Shown here: one piece after another, positions 48,701 through 60,482 of the stretch
Layout of the letters: each line of letters begins with the position of its first letter
Numbering within the stretch: the first letter of the stretch is position 1
Notes under the pieces: generated by a model
Told to the model about the DNA's origin: nothing
The model's input: only the letters and a program-made list of their open reading frames with translations
Databases searched by the model: none
NCBI RefSeq assembly: GCF_003704095.1
Contig: NW_020845867.1
Span: 930,001 to 994,000, forward strand
Length of the DNA: 64,000 bases
Origin: Pocillopora damicornis
Taxonomy: Eukaryota
Reading direction: 5' to 3'
Translations under genes and position numbers: made by a program

Positions 48701-51134
48701 TAGTTTGTTTCCTTTTTAGGCCATTGTCCTGTAACCTGCAGACAATCAGGCAACCTGCTAGAGCTCAAACAGCAGCAAGTTTTGCCACCATTCAACTTCC
48801 TTTGCAGAAACTGTTGTTCTCGGCAACAATGACACACAGTCCTGAAAAGCTTGCTCCTCTCCAGTTGTATCAACCAACTTTGTTTACTGGGACAGGAAGT
48901 GTCAATCAAATGAAAACAACTGATTTTGGTGGACCCACTTCAGGTACATGTGGAAAGTCTTGAGCTGTTTGTTGTGTAGTATTAAAAAAGGTGGAGTAGT
49001 TCGAGGAGAAGCATGTCACATGAAATGTATAATTTTTATCTTAACTGTTGTAGTTTTGAAAAATCTGCATTAACATTTGCTGACCATTAGGCCTCTACTT
49101 CGCCCACTTTTAGTTTTGAAGTTTTTGAAGAGATCCCTTAAAATTTTGGTTTGATTGCAAATGGTAAAAGTAGCTATTGAAATAATCATTAACATCAGAA
49201 CAGGAGTTTTGACATTTTAGCAAAGAAGCTTTGAAATATAAACAGCATGTCTTTTGTTTGTATTTTCTTAAGATGTAGCAACATCTGGTCGGTTCAGTGT
49301 GCCAGAAGGACTATCAGAATATATGACAGTTTGCAACAGTGGAGAGAAGCCGCTGATGGTGTTGTACTTCTTAACGCAACTGAAGTTTGAGCGAGTTCTG
49401 TGTTTTGCATCCACACTGGAGGCTACTCACAGGTACTGTGTGTTTACATGCAGTTTCCATGTAGTTTTGCCCATAGCCACAAATGGTACTAAAGTTTAAC
49501 TTTTTGGTTGAATAAGACCAAATTCTCCCAACTACTGGTGATTTCAAGATGATTTGGTGCAGCTACACAGAATTTGAGATTTTCTGGGTTCATATTTTTA
49601 AGTATTAGTTCATGTCTGACTGAACCCTGTACATCCTAACATCAGTGTCCAGATTCTCAGTACTCCTCTCTATACATTTCCTTTAGTGCTGACAAGGAGA
49701 GTTTGTTTGACAATCAAAGCATTTTAGGTTAGCATTCATTTCCTTTATTCTCATGATCCGAATATATAATTCACTGGTATTCCTGTAAGGAGAAATTAGA
49801 TGCTGGTCACTCTTTGGGTTGAAAGGGTCAATAATCTTTCTTCTTTTTGACTGAGTTCTCTACAGATATCCTTGCTTTGTATCTGTCACAGGTTATATCT
49901 ACTTGTGAAATTGTATGGTGGTGTCCAAGTGGCAGAGTATTCTTCAAGCTTGTCACCTCCACAGAGGAAGGGAATCTTACGAGACTTTAGGCTGGGAAAG
50001 CTACAGCTATTGATCTGTTCAGATGCCATGGCGAGGGGTATGGACATTCAGGATGTGTGTTACGTCATCAGTTATGATGTACCAAATTACGTCAGAACAT
50101 ACATACACCGTGTGGGAAGGACAGCAAGGGCGGGAAACAAAGGTAACCTGGCCCCAGTCTCTTTCGCAGTTGCCACGCAGTGCTTATCGTTACGTTACGA
50201 CAAAGGATAGCGATGGTCGACATAACCTTTCTTTTGGGTTTCGATTTGAATTTCATGGTTTTAACTACCCCAAAATTTGATTTTAAATTCTTTCACATCA
50301 CAAGAAAGTGTTTTATGAAGGTCTCCTGTCTTTTTGTATTTGATCACAATCATTAACTTGTGGTTCTATTACACCTTGTCAAGCATTAAAGGTAAACCTC
50401 TCGGATAAGGAAATTATGTTAAAAAAAGCGCCCCATCTCTTTGAACTGCTCTTTCACCAAAGTTTCATCGCGTGATTAAAATATTTTAGGTTTTAACTTC
50501 AAATCAGAAGATAAATGCTAAACAAAGTAAATCATACTGCGAAAGAAAAATTTGTTTAATTTTTCTTGTGACCTTAAGCTGTGAGTCAACGAGTAAGCCT
50601 GTTAATATACCCGACCCAGTTTTCTCTGCTTTCCTCCAAACATGTTAAGTGTGGAATGTTTGTGAGGCATACATAAGGTGCTGATAGACTAGTTATTGCG
50701 ACCTCTTTTTGGCTTTATTAACGAATTGAAGAACCAATCAATTAATCATTTCACAACGTTAAAATTTTTTATGTTTGCTGGGCTATATTTCGTAAGGGAG
50801 ACACTTTGTACCTCAAATATTTTTTCTTACTGATTTATTTCATCCATTCTTGGTGTCAGGAACTGCCATCACACTTTTACACAGCGAAGAAGTACATCAT
50901 TTTAAAGAAGTAATTCAGAAAACAGGTCGTGAAAAGATTGCCAAGTATAACATCAAAGAAGACAAACTGCAGCCCATGGCTGAGAAGTATCAGGACATTT
51001 TAGAACGCTTACAAGAAGCAGTTCAGATGGAAAATCAGAAGAAAAGGCAACAAAAGGGGAAACAGGACATAGTAAAATTATTGCAGGAACAGTTTTTAAC
51101 TAATGTGGAAAAAAGAAACCCGGAGAAAAGCTAG
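45789..51134 (+). CDS. DDX51: ATP-dependent DEAD-box RNA helicase DDX51/Dbp6 (771 aa)
   Basis: Exons 45789-46969, 47896-48120, 48720-48943, 49273-49432, 49892-50142, 50860-51134. Motifs [69 protein letters not shown]. The start [11 protein letters not shown] and [12 protein letters not shown] are typical of DDX51. Confidence 0.93.
47229..47511 (+). mobile_element. tRNA-derived SINE with CORE-like central domain
   Basis: Decayed A/B boxes (tgacttaatggttag; ggtttgagacc), then ggtcattgtgttg...tgcctctctccacccaagagtataactgggtact, which resembles SINE CORE-type domains. Confidence 0.6.
48129..48338 (-). mobile_element. Best-preserved copy of the ~200-bp MITE family
   Basis: Termini taaccctttgac ... 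gtaaagggttaa. Inserted 8 nt after the DDX51 exon-2 donor. Confidence 0.85.
49622..49832 (+). mobile_element. Same ~200-bp MITE family
   Basis: aaccctgtacatcctaacatcagt...gtaaggagaaattagatgctggtcactct...aaagggtcaa. Confidence 0.8.
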
Positions 51135-51451
51135 TTGTTCGAGATGATTTTGAAATAAAGGAGAAAACTTGTTTGAAATTTCATAAAGAAGATCGGAAAA
51201 AAATGGCCCTGTGTTGCTAGGACGTGCATGAATCAAGTACTGTACAGTTCATGTGAACAAAGAGTGCCGTAAAAGTCAAGTTTCCAGGCGTTTCAATCTT
51301 AGCCCTTTATCGTAAGAACTACGTTGCGAAAAGTGCTCTTTTTTTAAGTTAAGTTACTTTGATAATAAATCAAATTTTTTATACAAATAATGCTGTCTGT
51401 AAGCCCTTATGCATAGATATCCTGAAAAATTTAAGGATAATTTTTAACATT

Positions 51452-51642
51452 TCAACCACTTAAAGTGACGCAGCTAATTTCTCCTCATAATATTACCTCT
51501 AAAAACACATTAAGAGCAGGAGAATAAAGGAAATGATCACCAAACCAAGAAACTTTTGATTGTTAAGCAATTTCTCTTTGTCAGCACCTTAGGAAATGTA
51601 ATAGAACAGTGTGGAGAAAATGCAAACTGATGTCAGGGTGTT
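51452..51642 (-). mobile_element. Same ~200-bp MITE family, downstream of DDX51
   Basis: ctaatttctcct...gagaataaaggaaatgatcacc...tgtcagcaccttaggaaatgta. Confidence 0.7.
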
Positions 51643-53889
51643 GAAGAAGAAGAAGCCAATGAAGACTTCAAGTAAATACCAGGAAGTCGCGCGAGGTGCG
51701 GGAGATGCAAGTGGCGTTTGTTATGAATCTTGCATCTGATTGGTTTAAAAGATTAGCGCGAGTTTTCTGAGCTCACCTCTAGAAGAGGTGAAGCAAGACC
51801 AAGTCACTCCCGAACCAATCAGAGAACGTGCTATTACTCATTGCTCTAGCTCAACGTTAGAGATCTAAAGGAGTTTACGAGAGGTTTTATATGCCACACA
51901 TCTATGGAGCACTAAGCCTTTCTTTTAATCCTTTTTAATTAGTTTTTTATTTTTCGATATTACCTTTATCGCTAACTAAAAAGAACGTCATCTCTCCTCT
52001 TTTGATCAAAACCCAGGAGATTTAACGCAGCCTCGCGCGCGCGCGCACGTGTCAAAGATGTCGATTATTACGTAAGAAAAATTAGTTAATAGTCGAGTAA
52101 GATACAAGTTAATTTTTTGCTGTGCGTACTTGTGACCTTCTTAACAATAACGACTAAATTATTACCTAGCGCAAGGTAAGTGTGATGTTTTCAATAGAAT
52201 AGTGGTCGCGTATTGACAATGGAAGCCGCCTTATCAAAACTTATTTATCGCAGATTATACTCCTATTTAAAAAAGAAACCAAGCTTTCTTTAACCATACT
52301 TAACATGGAAAACATACTTTATTAGTATGGGTACGAAACGATTAAATCAACTAGGTGCAAATGGCCCTAGCTGGGTACGAATCGACTGAATACTAAACGT
52401 CCGTGGGGGCGAAACGACTGGTAAGCAAGAGATGTGGGGCACCGCTTTGGCCTAAGAAAGACGAAGAAGTAATCTAACGGGAAGGATCAAGCCTGTTACT
52501 TAACGGATGGGAAAGTGGGTGGGTTGTCAAATTTTATCACTCTTACGGCGTTGAGTAGAATGATGGGATGGAACTTATGTTAATTTTTTGATGAAGTCTC
52601 CTTTGCAAAATCCCCAGGGAATAATTACAAATGCAAATAACGTTTGCCTAATAGCAGCTGATAATTCTCACGAATTCAAACTACAATGTAAGTGGCTGAA
52701 ATTCGCAACGCTGATTTGTCTTGATTGGTCACAGTTGTTATCCATATTCATGGATGGTAGAATTTGCGTCAAACCAAACATATCGTGTTTGTGTGCCTGT
52801 GCAGGTCATGTCCGACGTCCTCCTCGAAGAAGAACGTATGCGTTCCAACCTCAAAATGGTAGGTGTGTTTTCTTCTTATCCTACATCTACGTCTTTCGTC
52901 TCTGTCGGTAAAGTGGAGGTTGGAGTGCTGCCACATGAGTTCTTGCAAATTCCGTCGCTATTTACTTGAACTCTGTGCCGCCCTGTTACTGAACTAGTTG
53001 TTCGTCGTTTGAGATTTTTCTTATGAAAACAAGTGTAAAGACATTTTGTGTAAGATTTTTTTCCAATAATTTTTCAATTACTTTTGCCTGTTTGTTTAAG
53101 TTAAACTTCGAATAATTACAACGTGCAACACGTCAATTGGTGACGAGTTTACCGACTCTGCAGCACTGGTGTGCCGTTTTTATTCAAGAACGTTTTAAAC
53201 TGTTATTTAAAATACAATTTCTAGTGTAGAAAAGGTTTTTAAAAGTGAAATATTCTTTTTACATTAATGGCAGAACCTCGCCTCGAAATTTTTATCACCC
53301 ATAATTTAAAATTACATAAAAATTCTCAGGATAATTTCTCCACTGGTCAACTTTGAAGTTTAAAGAGTAGGTAAAATTTCAAAATTACAATTTTAAGCTC
53401 TTTTACAGAATAAAATTTTAAAAGAGGCCTAATGTCCTTTTTTCTTTTCTGTTATATTAGAGCAATCACTGGATGAGCAACGTTGGTTTATTCCTGACAC
53501 AAGCAATACATGGACATTGGAGGACCTCGCAAGGAAGAATCCAAGAAAAGCTCAGACGATTGAGAAAATTGGAAACGACAAAGATAAGAATTTATATTCA
53601 ATTTTAGATTTCAAAAATTAGAGGCTATGTATTTGAACCACTGAACAATTTTGATTTGACGAGGTGAATTACGTAATGTGATTTGGCGAAATCAAAGACA
53701 AAGCAACAAGACAAAGAAAACCATAAATAGAAAACAAAGAAAGACGCTTAAATTGTAATCGTTCAAAAGCAATTGCCACTAATTTTTCAATTTCATTAGA
53801 CTCAAAATCAAGATTTCAAGGGCGGTCTATCGAGGCTTCTTGAAAAAGAGTCTGTTGGTTTACTTGGCACGTCGATGTAAGAAAATGAG

Positions 53890-54026
53890 GGTAAAATTTC
53901 CGCACAGCCCCATACTTCATTATGCATTCAGTTCTTGAATAGAGAAAACAATGACTAAAACAATACATTGCCATTTGGAAAACAGATTTGTTTTACAATA
54001 GTATGGGGCTGTGCGGAAATTTTACC
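53890..54026. mobile_element. 137-bp MITE with perfect 27-bp TIRs and 8-bp target-site duplication (possibly Merlin-type)
   Basis: ggtaaaatttccgcacagccccatact (53890-53916) and its exact reverse complement (54000-54026), with aaaatgag on both flanks. Confidence 0.9.
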
Positions 54027-57000
54027 AAAATGAGTGAGAAAAGTTGATGGAGTCCGTGTTTTATTGCTAATGTAATTTTTCCGATTTATCTTCAAAAATA
54101 GTTTTGAAATTCCCAAAATTATTATGAAAGCCATGCTCAAAAGCCTCGAAATACCGCCCAATGTTAGTCTTGGATCTACATTACTGTGGTCGTATTTGTT
54201 AGTGATGGTGTGAGGACTGATGGCATGTAACTTTTTAAGGTGGCACTCGCTCTCGACATGCGCCTCTCGGCAAAAGAACATTTCGATCGAAATTCAGGAA
54301 TTTCTCTTTTCCAAGGGTTTTTGAAATGATAGCAACAATGTAAATCCGTCGCAGAAATAATCTCCACATTAAACCCAACTATTAGAGCTATTTGAGCTAA
54401 TACTATCAGACTGTGCTGAACACTATTACGACTGTACCTAGAGACGAACCTACAGAACAATAGAAAACGTTCTTATACAACAAAACAAAAACTGACACCT
54501 CGGTTAATAACGCACTAAGAAATAAACCGACTTAAAACCATACGACAAATACGCGAGGACATCTTTTCTCTTCCCTTTTAAAAGAATATTGTCTTACCGT
54601 CGGATTGAAACACTCAATTCCGTTGAAAAGTATACCAACCAAGGCTTCTGTGCTCTTTAGTAAGGCGGAACTTTTATTTCGGCAACGAGATTTGTCTGAA
54701 CCAACCAATGAGAATAAAAGCAAGCAGAGGTAGAAATACATCCCCTATACAATCAGTTATTCCAGCTAACAGAACATTTTAGCCATGAAGACCAACGACA
54801 TCCGAGGCATCGTTGAAATGATAGCCGACAAAAGACGTGTCACAACTGTCAGGAACTATAGACCGTCCATGATGAGAAATTTACAACTGAAATGACAAGA
54901 AGACTTACGAAGAAATCAAAGAACACCTAACAATTCTGAGCCGCCGAAGACACTATGTTTTTAAGTCTTACAGCTGAAAACATCACAGAACTGAAAAACT
55001 GAGCAACAAGTTTTTGCCGTCTGGACTAGTATCATTCGACAGACAGACAACTCTTCGTTTGTTACTGATGACGACGGAACATAGTCACTGTTATTGTCAA
55101 TGACTATTTTTCACAGACCACTCTAAACCGAACAATCAGACATGACACCATCCTGGGTTGAAAATTAAGGATTTTTCAATTGAGTGTTGAAAAAAAGACA
55201 AATACTAAAATAATCAAAACATTCATTCAAAACGATGATTCATTTCATCATTAACCAATGAGAATTCAAAGTAAAACGAGGCAAAGTGCAAAAAGTGCGG
55301 GAAAACGCGGACGACCACATCGTGATTGGTTTTTGTTTTGCGTCTAATTGGTTGAGAGGATGGCGCGATGGACCAATAGCTGAGCGAGTTAAAGCAAAAC
55401 CGAAGTCTTGAATCTTGATTACACCATAAAGCCACCTTAGATTAGTTCCACGTTCATCTGATATACACCTTGAGTTCAACTTAAGACCGTTCTGAAGGGT
55501 TCTCCATGATTGAAATAATTCATAACTTGATGAGAATTTTATCGGAGTTTACTTTCTGTATGTTTACAAATTGAGGCGTGTTTAATTCTAATCAAAACAT
55601 TAAATCCCTGAATGATAGAGGACCTTGCTCCTATATTACCCTTTAATTAATAAAGTAAATTTCCTGAAAAATAAATATCTGGTTCATTTAATGAGATGTC
55701 GCAAAAACGAGGAAGGCGCTCTCTAAAACACCAACATAAGTTACACTTATTGTCGTGGCGTAAAGAAAAGCTGCCGGCAATGTAAAATCTCAACTTGCAA
55801 ATTTAGCATGTAAATCTCGTGGACCTCAGTAGGGAAAAAATGTTTCTCAGTTTTAAGTGGAAAGTTAAATTTTTAAACTAAACACGACACAAGTTTTTCA
55901 GACTCTGATATGAAAAACAAACTTTTTATGTCTAAAAAAATGATTAAAGTATTTTGATTTGGTGTTTCTGCTATTGGAAAATTACGAATTTTGGAAATAT
56001 GAGATGAATAAAACGGAAAAAACATCTCCAGAAAAAAATTAAAAACGTGATTTCTGTTGTTTATACCCCTTAACTTTTATTGAAAATATTATTTACTCGC
56101 AAAACATCAGGTATTATACGAAACTAATGTAACATTAACGTTATATGTCCGAAAAAATCGCTATCAAATTTCCTTAGCTGTACCAGTCAAAAGGACTTCA
56201 CAACAAGCAATTTTCTGTGCCTTTTTCATCTGTATCAAAAAATGAACATTTTGATGCTTATAGATTAGTGAAAAAATAATCAGGAAAACTGGCTGTTTTA
56301 CAAGAGAGAGTAATGACACCAAAAAGTGGTGAAATACAGCAAATCATTATAACGAGAGAAAAAAATACGAAATGGTTTGAACAACAGGCATTTGTGAAAT
56401 ACATTTTCCATGCATGTAGTCAAAAAATAAATTCTCTAGTGTTGGCTAGATTTTTCCTCAAATTTTACTCATAATTGCAGTCGAAATGAATTGTGATAAT
56501 GCTGAAAAGAGTCAGCATTGAAAAAAACAGGCAAACTTATAATGATGGAGCTTGATATGGTAATAAGAAAATTTTTTTATTTAAAAAAAATTTGAATTTT
56601 GGATTTATACTCGCGTAAGGTCAAATCAATGATGTGTACATTGCTCAATTTTTTTCACTGTCTCTTTGTATTGTAAAAAGTTCGTCAGGAACAAGAACAA
56701 TTGGCTGTTTTGCGAAAGATAAAAATCTTTAAAAACACTAAAATACTTATCGATAATATCAAGAGAAGGAAAAAATTGAAAGTTTACTAGCGCGTATGAC
56801 TCGGGTTGTATGTTTCCGTCTTTTTATCGGAGCATGTTTTCACACCCATAAGATGCCTGTAGTTCATAGAGAAAGTGATAATAGATTAGATTTTTCAGTG
56901 GTCTACAAGATTTGACTTCTACGTACCGCGTTAAAAATCTCCGCGTGCAATTTAGAACCACAAACATCTCTCTGACGAACCAGATATTTATTTTAAAGCC

Positions 57001-57585
57001 TGTTACACTTGGGTTTTTACACGAGTCAAGAGAACACGTATCGGGGCAAAAAAGACAGTGTTATTGTTGAAAAGTTACAAAATAAACCATCAAGATTGGA
57101 CATAATAGGAAGTAATATTTCAATATATCGGAGAAAATTCTCTTGTAATAATTGTAATTAACCAAGCACCACAGGCTAGCAACTCCACTGGATGAAATGG
57201 CAATATTTGGGAAAAAACAAATTAGCACAGGAAAAATTGAACACACGTAACAAAAAATATATAGTTATTTGTAATTCGTAGACTTCAAAACACAAATATT
57301 GATAAAGTTTCGACTGTTCCTTTTACTTGCCAATTCATCTGTATTGTTGAAACTTGTGCATCACTTTGTGCATTGAAAACCTTGATTTGAATTTTGAAAT
57401 CGAGTGCTGATTGTCAAGAATTGAAAAAAAAAAAAGGCCTAGACATCACGTTAAAAATTGTGCGAGGTGATGCGAAGGTTTAAGTTAGCGGAAAATTTGA
57501 AATCTAACCACTACCATTTGTGGGGGGTCTTTTTACAATTTCTGTCGAAAAGTTGTTATGGGAAACGCTGTGCAAATTCCTCCAA

Positions 57586-58001
57586 ATTTTCCCGCCAAAA
57601 GTCTTAGTATATAGAGAAGAAAATTTTTCTAAATACCTTTTAAATTATCTTATCAGTTATTATAAATAAAAGAAGTACAACAAGAAGCGGATTTATTGTG
57701 CACTTTATTTTTATTACTTGAGAATAAAAAGTTGTAAATACATCTTGGAAACTAAGATAAGACAAAAAACAACGCATGTTTAATAGGACTTTTATCGCTG
57801 CGTATAGATACAATAATTTAAAAAAAAAAAAAAACGGCGCATGCGTATTTTGAGCGCACATATTTTTTCTAAGTCTTTTGGCGGGAAAATTCAATACATT
57901 TGAACAGATGTTACTTACAGAGACTATAATTTCAAAAAACAATTTGGCGCATGCGTATTTTGAGCGCCCATATTTTTCTAAGTTTTTTGGCGGGAAAATT
58001 G
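57586..58001. repeat. Direct and inverted repeat cluster containing ttttggcgggaaaa motifs
   Basis: A ~56-bp direct repeat at 57836-57892 and 57946-58001, plus a partial inverted copy aattttcccgccaaaagtcttag at about 57586-57607. Confidence 0.7.
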
Positions 58002-59438
58002 AAAACGTCTAACCGGATTTTGCCCAAAGAATAACTCTAGAAACAAAATTTACTAAACATTTATTAGCTATAGACTTGATAAAATAAATTGAATTGTACT
58101 CCGTATTGTGCTTCTTGAAAAACCTTGAATAAACCCGCAAAGTATAACTTGTTTTGTGAGCTAAATGAATTGCAAATTTGATAATCAGCCTTTGATTCCT
58201 TGCCAAAAAAAAAATGGTCGCGAGATGAAAATAATGTCATCTACCTTAAATTTAAAACGGATCCAATGAGATGATCATGATAGGCCCGGTCAAGAGTCCA
58301 TTAAGTAATGGGCTCCTGGCCTGGTTTCCTTTACTTCTTCTTGTCGATCGCGATGCCTCTGTGTAAATATACTAAAAAACAAAATAAAAAGACTAACATA
58401 AATTACGATGCAAATTTGCACTTGGCATCAAAGGATTATTTCCCTGTAATCTAAAGTAAAATACATGACAGACATACTGAAATCAGTGATAAAGCTACAC
58501 CCCCTATCGTCTTCAGTTTTTTGAAAAGCCTTGAAAGATTTCATGAACCTTTTTAAGGAAAAATATTGTTCTGTTTGTTGTTTTGCAAATTCCTTTGACA
58601 GACTGAATATGCATTTGCACCTCCTACTCACCGCCACGAAATTTATTTTATTCAAGAGTAATGATTTTGGCCTTTTATCCGCAATATTGTTAGTATCAGC
58701 GGAGGTTGAGTAGGAAACTAAGGTGCTAAACAAAACATACCATGGTTTTCACCTTTTTTATTTTCTTTTCTTTGATCGTGTGACACGAAACACATTGCCA
58801 TATTAAACGACACGACGATCTAGGAATACAACGATAGCAATTTCTTTTTTCTGTCGAAAGAGAAAAGAAATTCTAGAATTCGCTGCCTGATTTTCAATTC
58901 CAGCTCAAAACAATTTTAACACACAGGAAGCGCAAGAGAGGGTCTAGTGTTTGGTCTCCAATTTGTTTAACAAACGTATTTTTAAGACTGAGTCTTGTTT
59001 AAGAACACTTTTTTAAATATTTCCTAATATAAGGTAACTCTTTAGCCATCGTTGAATCAGCATGATTTATCATTGTCAAAATAGATCAGTCAACGTGTAG
59101 AATTCTCTATTGGTACTCATCTCTGAATTTCAAAACCAAGCTCGAAAACTCAACTCATCCGCCAAATAAACACCATTTATTTCGCGTAAAGTTGGGTTTG
59201 AGAAAATATCTTCTAGCTGAATTGAATGTCTCTGAATTAATTAAACTGTCTGCTACGAAAAGAATCTTACTAGCCCCAAAAATTGACTGATAAAATCACT
59301 GTATTCGTAGTCCCTGTTGTGTGACAACGAATTCAATAAATCAGTTTGAACCCGATCGTGAGCAACAGAAGGCAAAGATCAAAAATACAAAATTGGAATC
59401 TTAAATGTTAATCAAGAGGTATATATGTCTAAAATATT

Positions 59439-59484
59439 GAAATGCAAGAGGAAATGCAAGAGGAAATGCAAGAGGAAATGCAAG
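59439..59484. repeat. 12-bp tandem repeat
   Basis: gaaatgcaagag repeated 3.8 times. Confidence 0.9.
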
Positions 59485-59815
59485 TAGCAAAATTAAAGCA
59501 ATATTGGGATTAGATGGAGGAAATATCTCAATTTAGATTTCCGACCCAGAAGACATTCGTCTTTTGCTCTGTTGTCAATCACCTTTAGGGAACATTGAAC
59601 ATGTGTCCAAGAGTTCTGAACGACACAATAAGATCAATTTTTTCCGATCACAAGTAGCTTTTGATCGAACAGATAAATCAGGACAGTTTAAGGGCTAATG
59701 AAACGCAGCAAATCTTAATAGCCGATGGGATCTAGCCACCTAGGAAACGCATGATGTAGCATCCACACGTACACATCATAGACCTATTTTCAACGAACTA
59801 AGTAGTAAAGCTTAC

Positions 59816-60482
59816 CTTGCCATATTTTCTTTCTCTTCGTTTCCTCTACATTCACTCCCATGCCTTCATATTTATTCAATCTTCAAGTGGCTCCAATAGA
59901 AAGCTTCATCCGACTAATAAGGGAAAGAATTTGATATAAGTTGAGACTTAAATTTATCAATCATTAACTAAATCAGGAAAACTACTCACACTGAAAAACA
60001 AAACTCTCAAGGTTTCTGCCTTACATCCACGTTATTTCAGAAATCTGAAACGACTATTGGATGCATCTTCATTCGACTATTTTACAAGTTTTGACTCAAT
60101 TTGAACTGACTGTCGCGAGAAACATTTCCTTCTTCTTTCCTTCTTCTCCAAAACCTCTTCTATGCTCGGGTGGACTTTTAATTGATGAAATTGCTCTAGA
60201 AACCTAATCCAAAGGACATATCTCGCGGCGTGGAATTACTTGAGTGCCAAGAACTTGTTTGAAATACTTCCACCGTTAATCTCGAAATTCTAAACTTCAT
60301 AAAGCGCGCTGAACAACAGCTTACAATCGGTACTTACCTGATTCTCACAACAAGTCCTTTCATTTGTGGAAAGCTTTGTTGTGTGCTGTGAGTCTGTGCC
60401 AAATCTTCAGGTAAGCCTTGGACGTCAGACTTGACCGTTTGATGAGTTTTTGCAGTCAGCTTTTCACTGAGAAGTGAAATTG
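59816..60482 (-). pseudogene. Possible decayed spliced gene of unknown product
   Basis: Three phase-compatible exon candidates (60482-60338, 60203-59990, 59913-59816) with AG and GTRAG boundaries. The second and third contain in-frame stops. Confidence 0.3.

Noticed and set aside
52588-53100. Overlapping short ORFs on both strands
   Set aside because: No consistent exon chain or recognisable domain could be built.
60331-60340. tacttacctg resembling the 5' end of U1 snRNA
   Set aside because: The downstream sequence does not resemble U1. It is simply a minus-strand splice donor.
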